The position numbers and the translations under genes are program-made. Below, in pieces: positions 55,234 to 63,947 of a stretch of DNA of 64,000 bases. Where the stretch lies: IMG/VR virus record IMGVR_UViG_3300034128_000011, positions 3,389-67,388 of that record; one strand, 5' to 3'. The stretch's first letter is position 1. The number at the start of each line of letters is the position of its first letter. The notes under the pieces were generated by a model. The model saw only the letters and a list, made by a program, of their open reading frames with translations. It had not been told where the DNA came from and made no database searches. The DNA comes from a virus. Lineage: Duplodnaviria > Caudoviricetes.

Positions 55234-55419
55234 GACGCACTGGCAAGGGTTACATACGGGAAAACACTCTGGTGCGTCGTACTGTCGAGAGCGGGCCGCA
55301 TTTTGCACCTGATTTGGATGGGTTCGCTGAGAACTCAGCGCAGATCATGAGCAATAGTGCGGCCTTCTCATATGCAGGCCCAATACAGGGCTTGAAACGC
55401 CAGCAGTTTACATGCTGGT
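55234..55419 (+). ncRNA. Candidate structured non-coding RNA/leader
   Basis: Stems 55234-43/55269-78, long nested hairpin 55294-55364, hairpins 55378-91 and 55400-18, all in an intergenic gap. Confidence 0.3.
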
Positions 55420-55457
55420 GCAGCAGGCACTTAACATAATACCATGAAGGACTACCG

Positions 55458-55715
55458 ATGGACAGCAATTCCAGTGCAGTAGCACGTACTCCGATGAAGG
55501 GTATGTACGTTGGGTATGATGAGAATCAGGATAGGGTATGGGTGTTGGATTGCGCGGGCAGATATTTCATCGCTCGCGAAGAGCAGGACAGTGAGAGCTA
55601 TCAGGTACAGCGGGCAGCATGGGTACCGATGCCCGCGAATATTTTCGACGTGCTGGTGCAAGAGCTTCTGGCGCATCCAGAGCTTGCGCAGGCGAAATAT
55701 GAGAAACCAATCTGA
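55458..55715 (+). CDS. Hypothetical early protein
   Basis: GAAGGA SD. Confidence 0.6.
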   Translation: MDSNSSAVARTPMKGMYVGYDENQDRVWVLDCAGRYFIAREEQDSESYQVQRAAWVPMPANIFDVLVQELLAHPELAQAKYEKPI

Positions 55716-55728
55716 AGGGAGTGACATC

Positions 55729-55935
55729 ATGGCGGCAGAAAAACCTCACATCGCGGATGAGCTCGGCCCTGTGACCTGCGATATCTGTGGCCGCACTGGT
55801 GATCCCATGCTGTACGTCAGAATCAGGACGTTCGGTGGGCTGGCCGAAAATATCTGGAACCTCAAGGATGGCGACTATTGCGTCACCTGCATCCTGCCGT
55901 TCCATCACAAACCCGATGGATTCAAAGCCATATAA
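55729..55935 (+). CDS. Small zinc-finger protein
   Basis: CDICG...CVTC; GGGAG SD. Confidence 0.6.
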   Translation: MAAEKPHIADELGPVTCDICGRTGDPMLYVRIRTFGGLAENIWNLKDGDYCVTCILPFHHKPDGFKAI

Positions 55936-55946
55936 CAAGGGGAATC

Positions 55947-56432
55947 ATGCACACACAGATCGAAAAAACCGTCAGATACTCGCGCTATTCGCTGAAACAA
56001 GCCGTGTGGCACCTGCGGGATGTCCCAGACCTTCCGCTGGGATTCCAGCGCACGATGAAAATCATCCATCCTGAGGATGCAGCGCGTATGCTGAGCTTCC
56101 TGTTCAAAGACCTGCCGCAAGAGCATCTGGTGGTGGTGATGCTCAATCGCCGTAACTGCGTACAGGCCATTGACGTCGCGACAATCGGCACCATGGACAG
56201 CAGCTTGGCCCATCCGCGCGAGGTTTTTCGCTCGGCCATCGCTTGCCTTGCCTCCAGCATCATCCTGATGCACAATCATCCATCTGGGACTCTGGAGCCA
56301 AGCGCAGAGGATATCAACCTTACGCTGGAAATAGAGCGGTGCGGGCGGATATTGGGCATCCCGCTCATGGATCATATCATCATCTGCGGCGAAAATTTCG
56401 TCAGTATGGCCGAATTAGGCCATGTTTCATAA
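55947..56432 (+). CDS. radC: RadC-like JAB/MPN domain protein
   Basis: QEHLVVVMLN, GTMDSSLAHPREVF, HNHPSG..EPSAED, LMDHIII. Confidence 0.92.
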   Translation: MHTQIEKTVRYSRYSLKQAVWHLRDVPDLPLGFQRTMKIIHPEDAARMLSFLFKDLPQEHLVVVMLNRRNCVQAIDVATIGTMDSSLAHPREVFRSAIACLASSIILMHNHPSGTLEPSAEDINLTLEIERCGRILGIPLMDHIIICGENFVSMAELGHVS

Positions 56433-56445
56433 CCGAAGGAGCAAT

Positions 56446-56904
56446 ATGAGCACAATTCCGCTGCAATTCGAACAGTTGCGGTTCAGGCCGTGGGTGCTGA
56501 ACGCCAAGATATTCCTTGACAATGGCTACACGATCTCCGTCTCCAAGACAGACGAAGACGTCGCGAAAGCCCATCCACAGGAATCGTGGCACACTGGCGC
56601 CGACAATTCCTTCCAAGTGGCGATCATGGCATATGGTGAGCTCGTGCTTCTGGAACAGATCACAGGCGATAACAACGTGATGAATGGCGTCACATTTGCC
56701 GAATTGCGCCGCATTGTGGATGAAACCGCTGCACTCCCGCACGTTGCTCCCAGTGCTGAGATTCAGATATACGATACGCTGGACTGGGCTGAAAATAAGC
56801 GATGGTATACCAGATTCAGGGCCGCGCAAAATTCCCCTGATTTCTACGAAAAACTGGACTTCTGTCGGCGCGTCTGGGGCAAAGACAACGTCCGCATCCT
56901 ATAA
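56446..56904 (+). CDS. Hypothetical early protein
   Basis: AAGGAG SD. Confidence 0.7.
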   Translation: MSTIPLQFEQLRFRPWVLNAKIFLDNGYTISVSKTDEDVAKAHPQESWHTGADNSFQVAIMAYGELVLLEQITGDNNVMNGVTFAELRRIVDETAALPHVAPSAEIQIYDTLDWAENKRWYTRFRAAQNSPDFYEKLDFCRRVWGKDNVRIL

Positions 56905-56918
56905 CGAGAGGGAAAGTC

Positions 56919-57068
56919 ATGACACCAGAACTGTTCGCAGCACTGAATGTCGCGCTGGCCGTGACCGTCACGGTTGGATATGCGCTGTATACTCACTTTG
57001 CCGACAAACGCCATACACGCAAGCAGAACGAGCGTTTTGCGGCATATCGCAAGGAGCAAAAACCATGA
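56919..57068 (+). CDS. Small single-pass membrane protein (49 aa)
   Basis: MTPELFAALNVALAVTVTVGYALYTHFADKRH...; GAGGG SD; ATGA overlap with the next gene. Confidence 0.55.
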   Translation: MTPELFAALNVALAVTVTVGYALYTHFADKRHTRKQNERFAAYRKEQKP

Positions 57069-57652
57069 AATGCACAGGCTGCGGTATCACCATCCCAGAG
57101 GCGGGAGAATATCCCGATCCTGACGCCATGCTCTGCGATTCGTGCGCAGAAAAACTTGAAGATAGCACCAATCTCTGCCTCAGGCCCACCACCGTAGAGA
57201 ATCAGGGCACCACCTGCTTTCACTATGGGAAGCTGGTCAATTCCGAGAAGCCGATTGTCGGCGTTGTGGCGAATAACAGCGTGGAATGGCTGAACGAAGA
57301 GATACAGGAAGGGCTGTCGCTTGCATGGCTCAATCATGAACGCGAATGCAAGCTCGAAGATCACGACAATTGCGATATAACCGACGAATTCGCAGACGTG
57401 CTCATCGGGGAATGGATCAAAGGTTGGGACGGTAAGTTCGAGCCCGATCCCAAGGGAGAGTACAGCGCGCTGGTAGGCGAGATATACACCGTCGTCTATC
57501 TGTCGAAATACACTGAACGCCACGCTCTGTGCAGTCCCTGCTATGCAGGATGCGGAGATATCGACACCGAAGGACGGTTCCTATGCTACGTGCTGCCACC
57601 TGAAGTTATGGGCGGCACAAAAAACACCACAAACAACGCGGAAAGGCAATAA
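57065..57652 (+). CDS. Acidic Cys-rich hypothetical protein
   Basis: CTGC...CDSC and ALCSPC..CGDID motifs. Confidence 0.7.
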   Translation: MKCTGCGITIPEAGEYPDPDAMLCDSCAEKLEDSTNLCLRPTTVENQGTTCFHYGKLVNSEKPIVGVVANNSVEWLNEEIQEGLSLAWLNHERECKLEDHDNCDITDEFADVLIGEWIKGWDGKFEPDPKGEYSALVGEIYTVVYLSKYTERHALCSPCYAGCGDIDTEGRFLCYVLPPEVMGGTKNTTNNAERQ

Positions 57653-57654
57653 TC

Positions 57655-57861
57655 ATGGAACAGCGCGTCAAAATACTCGTCGTGATACGGGGCGGCGTCC
57701 TGCAGGAGATCCGCGTCGCGGATCGCTTCTCGCTCGATATGCTCGAAGTCGATGTGCTGGACTGGGACAATGTGCAGGCTGGTGACAAATGGCATGGAAT
57801 GCGAGATTCGTCCAAAGTGCTGCGATATGCCACGAAGCACTATCCGAAATTCATGTGCTGA
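57655..57861 (+). CDS. Small hypothetical protein
   Basis: ILVVIRGGVLQEI...VDVLDWD; resembles 61593-61898. Confidence 0.65.
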   Translation: MEQRVKILVVIRGGVLQEIRVADRFSLDMLEVDVLDWDNVQAGDKWHGMRDSSKVLRYATKHYPKFMC

Positions 57862-57880
57862 TCAGCACGCCAAAGGGAAA

Positions 57881-57940
57881 TGTCGGGAAAATAGCGAATT
57901 TTCACGACAATTTGACTTTTGGTTGAAAGTGGATTATATT
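57881..57940 (+). promoter_or_regulatory. Sigma70 promoter TTGACT-N17-TATATT preceded by a 12-bp inverted repeat
   Basis: -35 at 57912-57917, -10 at 57935-57940; TGTCGGGAAAAT (57881-92) / ATTTTCACGACA (57898-909). Confidence 0.7.
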
Positions 57941-57992
57941 TTTGTCCGACGATCTTCCTTCCTTTTCACACACCAATTCCAATGGAGAGACA

Positions 57993-58376
57993 ATGAGTAC
58001 GCAATCGAAGGACTGTTGCATCTGCTTGTCGTCAAGGGATATCGCTACCATCCTATTCGCTCTACGGTACTTCCAAGCAAATGTGGACGATGCCTCTGGC
58101 GTCATGAGAGACAGCGGGCACTTTGTGGATGAAAAGCCCATCGTGGGCCGAGAGCTGGACTATCTCTGCCAGCATATCAACACAACGCCAGTCGATCTCG
58201 ATCCGCAAGAACTGGATGCCACAATCAGGCTCGCGCACAGAGTGCTGGAGACGTTCATTGAGAAACCAGTGCCTGCACTGAGCAACATCTTTGGCGCGCT
58301 TGGGAATCTCGACGCCCAGACAATAATCGCACTCCATATCAAACTCTCTAACTATTTCGAGAAGGTGCAGCCATGA
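57993..58376 (+). CDS. Hypothetical early protein
   Basis: GGAGAG SD. Confidence 0.65.
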   Translation: MSTQSKDCCICLSSRDIATILFALRYFQANVDDASGVMRDSGHFVDEKPIVGRELDYLCQHINTTPVDLDPQELDATIRLAHRVLETFIEKPVPALSNIFGALGNLDAQTIIALHIKLSNYFEKVQP

Positions 58377-59023
58377 AGAACGATGATGCAGTCTATACCG
58401 AACAGTACAAAGGGCTCACGATCAATGTGATCCCTGACGACAATGCCGATGATCCGCGAGAATGGGGCTCGCTCTTCGGCACTATGACATTCTTCCACAG
58501 ACGGTGCAGCCTTGGCACGCCAGAAAAAGAGGCCGAGCGACATTTCACCGATCCAGACGAATTCAACGAATTCCTTGAGGAACAGGGCGATAACGTGATA
58601 AAGTTGCCAGTCTATATGTACGATCATGGCCAGCAGACGATCAGCACTCATCCCTTTTCATGCCCATGGGACAGTGGGCAGCTTGGATATATCTGGATCA
58701 CAAAGGGAAAAGCATTGGAAGAATTCGCGGCGCGCAAGAACGGCACGGTCGGACGGAAATTCACTGCTAAGATACTGAAGCGGACTCTCGACACACTGGA
58801 CGCTACGATCAAAACCATGGATCAGTGGATGACTGGCGACGTCTATGGCTGGAGCGTGGAAGATGAGGATGGCAACGTGCTCGAATCATGCTGGGGCTAT
58901 TGGGGATTCGACGGAGAGGACAAAAAGTACGTCCTGCAGGAAGCGCGCAACAGCGCCGATCACGAGCTGAAAAAGATCGCGAAGCAGGCAGAAGAGGAAC
59001 GACTCATCGCACGAATGCACTGA
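58373..59023 (+). CDS. Conserved phage early protein (YDH..IS...CPWDSGQLG family)
   Basis: DDPREW, LPVYMYDH, WDSGQLG, GDVYGW, SCWGYWG motifs; acidic. Confidence 0.7.
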   Translation: MKNDDAVYTEQYKGLTINVIPDDNADDPREWGSLFGTMTFFHRRCSLGTPEKEAERHFTDPDEFNEFLEEQGDNVIKLPVYMYDHGQQTISTHPFSCPWDSGQLGYIWITKGKALEEFAARKNGTVGRKFTAKILKRTLDTLDATIKTMDQWMTGDVYGWSVEDEDGNVLESCWGYWGFDGEDKKYVLQEARNSADHELKKIAKQAEEERLIARMH

Positions 59024-59036
59024 CAAGGAGATCATC

Positions 59037-59207
59037 ATGGGACGCAATGTTGTGTATGCCTATCTCGAAGGTGGGGTAGAGCGATATCACGTGGTCTGGA
59101 TGAATGGCGATGGCGACACCATCGCCAAAGATGTGTGGGGCAGAAAAGCTGTCGAGAGATTCAAACGCTGGACTGGCGCGTACAAAATCATATGGGTTGA
59201 TCCTTAA
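59037..59207 (+). CDS. Small hypothetical protein (56 aa)
   Basis: AAGGAG SD; MGRNVVYAYLEGG...KIIWVDP. Confidence 0.6.
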   Translation: MGRNVVYAYLEGGVERYHVVWMNGDGDTIAKDVWGRKAVERFKRWTGAYKIIWVDP

Positions 59208-59229
59208 TCACACACTCAAGGAGAGCATC

Positions 59230-59580
59230 ATGCCACACCAGTATGTCGATCCTGATATCCATCCACATCCGCTCATGGGCAACGTGGAAGTGGAGAAAGA
59301 AGCACTCGCCGAAATGCGAGAGCGGCTGACAAAATGGCCACGATGCAAATGGGCTGCGGCTCAGTGCGTTGATCTGGGGAGCCGTGATGTTGGCCATCTC
59401 AAGTTCTATGCGGTCGGGCCAGAAAATACAATGCAGACGATCAATCAGAAGACGATAGGGCACTGGTCGTACTATTTCGTCGGCTGGGTCAATCTGGAGA
59501 CTGGCAAGATCGTGCCAGAACTCCACATATCAGAAACCACACACAAAGAGGATTCGGATCATGGAAGCAACCTCATATAG
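59230..59580 (+). CDS. Hypothetical early protein
   Basis: AAGGAG SD. Confidence 0.65.
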   Translation: MPHQYVDPDIHPHPLMGNVEVEKEALAEMRERLTKWPRCKWAAAQCVDLGSRDVGHLKFYAVGPENTMQTINQKTIGHWSYYFVGWVNLETGKIVPELHISETTHKEDSDHGSNLI

Positions 59581-60322
59581 CGAGCTCGACAAGCTGCTCA
59601 CTGGACAGTGCAAACAATCTCGCAAGCTGGCAAATCATACCTATGCTGAACGGAGAGGCGACGACTCCATCGCAATCCGTCTGCACGCAACGGACATCGT
59701 CACATTCAGCAAAACAGGGACGATCCGACTGAACAGCGGCGGCTGGCGTACCGTGACAACGATGGAACGAATGAACCGATACCTTCCCATGCCCTATCGT
59801 GTGCGGACAATCAAACGAATCTGGTATCTCAGCACTGGCGGCTGGGATCGGAATGCGATGAAGGCCGTGTTCGATGATGGCTGCAAGATCACCAAAGGGG
59901 GCAAGCTGGTCGGCTTCGAAAAACTGGCAGTTATACAGGCCAAGCTGAAGGAAGCGAAAGCAATCAGGGACTATGCCAAGAGCTATGTGGAAGCTCTGGC
60001 CAAGAAGGAAGTTCCCGCACCTAATGCTGGCGACTGTTGGATGTGCTACCTTGAGACAAAAGAAGGGCAGTCACTGGGTGAGATTTCGAACGACATAGAT
60101 CACCTTCAGTCCCACATCAAAGAGAACTATTTTGTGGGCTCTCTCATGATGCGGGCCATCAAAGTACATCCAATATCACTCATGGCCAAGGCATATCTCA
60201 GCGACCTCTGGAACAACAATGAGAATCAGCTCTGTGGATCGTCGCTGGGCAAATCAATGGAAGAGCAATTGTACAAGTCACTCATGAGATATCTCATGCG
60301 GCGGCTGGGATTCGCGGGGTAG
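59561..60322 (+). CDS. Hypothetical basic early protein
   Basis: IRLHATDIV..., LNSGGWRTVTT..RMN motif; GAGG SD. Confidence 0.7.
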   Translation: MEATSYSELDKLLTGQCKQSRKLANHTYAERRGDDSIAIRLHATDIVTFSKTGTIRLNSGGWRTVTTMERMNRYLPMPYRVRTIKRIWYLSTGGWDRNAMKAVFDDGCKITKGGKLVGFEKLAVIQAKLKEAKAIRDYAKSYVEALAKKEVPAPNAGDCWMCYLETKEGQSLGEISNDIDHLQSHIKENYFVGSLMMRAIKVHPISLMAKAYLSDLWNNNENQLCGSSLGKSMEEQLYKSLMRYLMRRLGFAG

Positions 60323-60324
60323 CC

Positions 60325-60534
60325 ATGAACGACACAACACTGTGCACCATCGACTATCGGGACTCGGACTGGGGATATCGCACGATCGAAATCCCTCTCG
60401 CGATATCCTCTATCGGCAAAGGATTTCAGTATGCCAAGACAGAAGCTGCACTGCATATCAACAAGCAGACAAAGTACGGCGTACAGAGAATCGACAAGAT
60501 CACCATCAAATCCACTCACACACCATTACTCTAA
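60325..60534 (+). CDS. Small hypothetical protein
   Basis: ORF track; packed between neighbours. Confidence 0.55.
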   Translation: MNDTTLCTIDYRDSDWGYRTIEIPLAISSIGKGFQYAKTEAALHINKQTKYGVQRIDKITIKSTHTPLL

Positions 60535-60545
60535 GGAGCTACACC

Positions 60546-61526
60546 ATGCCAGACAATATCGAAGTGCGCAACGGACAGGCCAGCATGGTCTACGTCGGCG
60601 AAGTGCCATGGCACAAACTCGGCAAGCGGTTTGACAAGCGACTCACAGTGACTGAGGCGCTGATCGAATCGAATGCAAGATATCTCGTGGAGAAGTGGCC
60701 CATGCACTATGTCGATCCACACACGCCTGATCTGGTAGCATATGAGGCCGACGACATTTTCGCCACAGTGAGGACGGACACCAAAGATGCGCTGGGATTC
60801 GTCGGGAAGGACTATACGATCGTGCAGAATGAAGTGGCGTTCAATTTTCTCAACCCGATTCTCGATGCCAAGGCAGGCATTATCGAGACACTTGGTGTGC
60901 TGGGGAATGGCTCCACAGCATGGGCTCTGATCAGACTGCCTGAGATGATCGTCATCAGCAAGAAAGACGAGATCGGGAAGTACGTGCTGGTCTTCAACGG
61001 ATTCAACGGGAAGCAGAAAATCCGCGCCAAATACACTCCAATCAGAGTCGTCTGCGAAAACACGCTGAACATGGCACTCTCTGGACTCGACACCGAAGTT
61101 GCGATCAGGCATACCACCAATGCGGAGATGGCTCTGGCTGAGGCTCACAAGGTCATGGGGATGGCCAATGCAGTGAGCAAAGCAATCGAGCCCATCTACC
61201 AGCGGATGGCACTCACGAAGATCACAGACAAGCAGCTTCTGGATTACGTGGCCGCGCTGATTCCGATCGACGAAGACTCCAAGCGTACGACGCGCAAGGA
61301 CAATATCAGGGGCGAGATCATGCGGTTGCACGAAGCTGGTGCTGGTGCGAGCTTCACACGGGGTACCTTGTGGGGCGCATTTAATGCCGTGACAGAGTAC
61401 GTCGATCATATGTACTCTGGCAAAAGCACACCAGAGCAGCGGCTCCAAGCGATCTGGTTCGGAGCTGGTGAGACACTGAAGATCAACGCTTTCAGTGAGG
61501 CCGTGGCCGTTCTGAAAAACGCATAG
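60546..61526 (+). CDS. DUF932 (TIGR03299 phage/plasmid-like) protein
   Basis: VPWHKLG, VRTDT...LGFVG..Y..VQN..AF, RVVCENTL, IRHT, GTLWGAFNAVTEYVDH. Confidence 0.9.
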   Translation: MPDNIEVRNGQASMVYVGEVPWHKLGKRFDKRLTVTEALIESNARYLVEKWPMHYVDPHTPDLVAYEADDIFATVRTDTKDALGFVGKDYTIVQNEVAFNFLNPILDAKAGIIETLGVLGNGSTAWALIRLPEMIVISKKDEIGKYVLVFNGFNGKQKIRAKYTPIRVVCENTLNMALSGLDTEVAIRHTTNAEMALAEAHKVMGMANAVSKAIEPIYQRMALTKITDKQLLDYVAALIPIDEDSKRTTRKDNIRGEIMRLHEAGAGASFTRGTLWGAFNAVTEYVDHMYSGKSTPEQRLQAIWFGAGETLKINAFSEAVAVLKNA

Positions 61527-61551
61527 TCCACTTTACCAATCACAATGAATG

Positions 61552-61579
61552 GGGCGGCAGCAATGCCGCCCTATTTTTT
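61552..61579 (+). terminator. Rho-independent terminator
   Basis: GGGCGGCA-GCAA-TGCCGCCC then TATTTTTT. Confidence 0.85.
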
Positions 61580-61592
61580 CAGGGAGATTCCA

Positions 61593-61898
61593 ATGAAAGA
61601 GATCCCAATTATCACGCTCTGGATGGAAGGTGGAGTGTTCCACGGAATAGAATGCAATGGCAAGGCCGCAATCCTTGCCCTTGATAGCGATGTTGATGGA
61701 GTTGAAGACCAAGATCTGACAACGGTTTCATTCCATCCGTTCGATAAGGTCAACTACAAGCGCCCTGATCGGACATTCTACGTCGTACTTCTTATGGATG
61801 ACCTGCATCATGTCATCGGTGGGGATGAAGTCCTAAGTCTCGACGAAATCAAGGCAAGGGCGCGGGCACAGGTAGACGATTGGAAAAATATGACTTGA
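61593..61898 (+). CDS. Small acidic hypothetical protein
   Basis: GGGAG SD; ITLWMEGGVFHGI...LALDSD. Confidence 0.6.
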   Translation: MKEIPIITLWMEGGVFHGIECNGKAAILALDSDVDGVEDQDLTTVSFHPFDKVNYKRPDRTFYVVLLMDDLHHVIGGDEVLSLDEIKARARAQVDDWKNMT

Positions 61899-61923
61899 CA
61901 GTTGCCAGTCCAATGACGACATT
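61895..61923 (+). promoter_or_regulatory. Sigma70 promoter TTGACA-N17-GACATT
   Basis: Perfect -35, 5/6-position-plausible -10; directly upstream of the Ocr-like gene. Confidence 0.55.
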
Positions 61924-61961
61924 CCAAAACCCCTCTTACACACATACCAAAAGGCATCGCA

Positions 61962-62417
61962 ATGGGCAGAAACTATCTCGCTGAAGCACAGAGTGACGCA
62001 CAGGATATGGCGATGGAATTCATCGACGACATCGTGCTCGCCATCCAATCGGATGGCAAAGCATCGGACGATCTGTGCAATGACTACCACAATGGCGACA
62101 GCTACCACCATGAGACGAATGTTGACAAGTGGTACGATCTCACTGAGGCCGCTGAGCTGATCGACGAGCTGCACGACTTCGAAGAGACAGACAGCGGACT
62201 ATGGGAAGGACAGAGCCCGAAAGAAGCGATCTCCACATGCGCCGCATTCACCTACGGAAATGCCGTGATGTCCATGTGGCAGGAGATCATCGAACAGATC
62301 AATGATGCCACGACAGATTTCGTTCTGACCTATGAGGACGATGACAACGTGACGATCAGCCAAGAGTGCACGAGCCGTTTGAAAAACCTTGTTGAAGAAA
62401 CAATCAAGAGAGGATGA
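61962..62417 (+). CDS. Ocr-like acidic DNA-mimic protein (anti-restriction candidate)
   Basis: About 35 D/E vs 8 K/R; EETDSGLW...I...A..Y...MW.E resembles T7 Ocr EFEDSGLM...I..A.IY...LWED. Confidence 0.6.
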   Translation: MGRNYLAEAQSDAQDMAMEFIDDIVLAIQSDGKASDDLCNDYHNGDSYHHETNVDKWYDLTEAAELIDELHDFEETDSGLWEGQSPKEAISTCAAFTYGNAVMSMWQEIIEQINDATTDFVLTYEDDDNVTISQECTSRLKNLVEETIKRG

Positions 62418-62418
62418 G

Positions 62419-62616
62419 ATGGCAAAGATCACACTCAATGCGCTGGGCAAAAAGAAATTCCGCCTGATCGAATGCACCAAATGTCATGAGCCATGGCAGA
62501 CGGACAACAGATGCCAGCGTATCTGCCCAGAGTGCAGGAAAGAGAAGGCCATATACCAAAAACAACGCGCTGCACACAAGCGCAATCTCCCATACTACCT
62601 GAAGACGGAAATATGA
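62419..62616 (+). CDS. Small basic zinc-finger protein
   Basis: CTKC...CQRICPEC. Confidence 0.6.
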   Translation: MAKITLNALGKKKFRLIECTKCHEPWQTDNRCQRICPECRKEKAIYQKQRAAHKRNLPYYLKTEI

Positions 62617-63083
62617 AAACCATTCCAATCAGCAAGGGGTATTCTGCCATCGTTGACGATGAAGATTATCCCGCACTCATTCAGTACAGATGGTATGCGC
62701 TCGAAGGAGAATATACCGTCTATGCAATTCGCTTCGAAGGACGCAAAGCGATACGTATGCACCGACAAATCATGGGGTTCCCAAATCGTAAGCATGATGT
62801 CGATCACCAAGATCATTGTGGTTTACATAACTGGCGTAGCAACCTTCGCGTCTGCACGAAACATCAAAATCATGGCAACACTAAAATGATCAACAGCAAA
62901 CGTCTATTCAAGGGGGTACGTCATGCCTCTGCTCACTCTTGGCAAGCAGGAATACGCCACAGAAAACAGAACATCTATCTTGGTTCATTCCCAACACCAG
63001 AAGAAGCTGCCAGAGCTTACGACAAAAGGGCATCCAAAATCTTCGGCCAATTTGCACTACTAAACTTTCCAGTGAAGGAGTGA
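62613..63083 (+). CDS. HNH-AP2 homing endonuclease (copy 3)
   Basis: IPISKG..AIVD, MHRQIMG, VDH.DH.GLHNWRSNLR, YLGSF...EEAARAYD...FGQFALLNFP. Confidence 0.92.
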   Translation: MKTIPISKGYSAIVDDEDYPALIQYRWYALEGEYTVYAIRFEGRKAIRMHRQIMGFPNRKHDVDHQDHCGLHNWRSNLRVCTKHQNHGNTKMINSKRLFKGVRHASAHSWQAGIRHRKQNIYLGSFPTPEEAARAYDKRASKIFGQFALLNFPVKE

Positions 63084-63084
63084 T

Positions 63085-63396
63085 ATGAACGACGAGCCGC
63101 TGGATGACAGACTGCGCGAGCAATGGAAGTCAGAGGCCGAGACAAAAGCATGGCACTTCCTGCTCAACACACTCATGAGCAAAGAGGGCAAGTCCTATCT
63201 GCTCAATGCGCGGCAGTATGCAGACAAAGATCGAGTCCATATGCTGCTCATGCTGCTGAAGGAAAGGATCGACAGCCTTGAAGGGACTGACCAGAAGTTT
63301 GTGACTGGCGACATGGTTGGCCTTGCCACTGTCCTGCTCACTGCAGCCATTGCGTCTACCGAGTACGGTATCAATCGCAAGAGCTGGGAGAACTGA
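63085..63396 (+). CDS. Hypothetical protein
   Basis: AAGGAG SD. Confidence 0.65.
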   Translation: MNDEPLDDRLREQWKSEAETKAWHFLLNTLMSKEGKSYLLNARQYADKDRVHMLLMLLKERIDSLEGTDQKFVTGDMVGLATVLLTAAIASTEYGINRKSWEN

Positions 63397-63407
63397 AGGG
63401 GGAAGAG

Positions 63408-63947
63408 ATGACTGAGGCAGAGATCCAGAACAAGATCTTCTTCCCGTACAATCTGCGCGGCAATCTGATAATCAGTCCGTCTTCAATGGTACTGGGGTGG
63501 GAGTCGGACATGATTGTCGTAACCAAGGCGCTGCTCGTCCACGAGTTTGAGATCAAGCTCACGCACGCAGATTTTTTGGCCGACAGGAAGAAAGATAAGT
63601 GGCAGCAGTTTGAAATGTGGCAAACGGGCCAGCGTGAATATGTCCACACTTTTGGGGCGGGCTGGCAAGTCAAGATGCAGGTACAACAGCCGCCGAATTA
63701 TTTCTGGTACGCCTGCCCACGTGGAGTAATTGACCAGTCAGAAGTGCAGCCATGGGCTGGGCTGATGGTGATAGACAAGAATCGGAATCCGATCACAGTG
63801 AAGAAAGCTGCAAGGTTGCATGGTAATCCGCTTCCAGCCAAAGGACTGTATCAACTCTGCGGCTCAATGAATTCCCGATACTGGCACTACCGATTGAACT
63901 CACCGCTGCAAATAGAAGGGGGCAAAGGCAATGAACACGATAGATGA
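63408..63947 (+). CDS. MmcB-like PD-(D/E)XK nuclease-fold protein
   Basis: WESDMIVV...HEFEIK..HADF..D..K.KW, PNYFWYACP, WAGL. Confidence 0.65.
   Translation: MTEAEIQNKIFFPYNLRGNLIISPSSMVLGWESDMIVVTKALLVHEFEIKLTHADFLADRKKDKWQQFEMWQTGQREYVHTFGAGWQVKMQVQQPPNYFWYACPRGVIDQSEVQPWAGLMVIDKNRNPITVKKAARLHGNPLPAKGLYQLCGSMNSRYWHYRLNSPLQIEGGKGNEHDR

Noticed and set aside
56684-57652. 322-aa ORF as a single gene
   Set aside because: The upstream part overlaps two better-supported genes; an ATGA-coupled start at 57065 gives a coherent 195-aa protein
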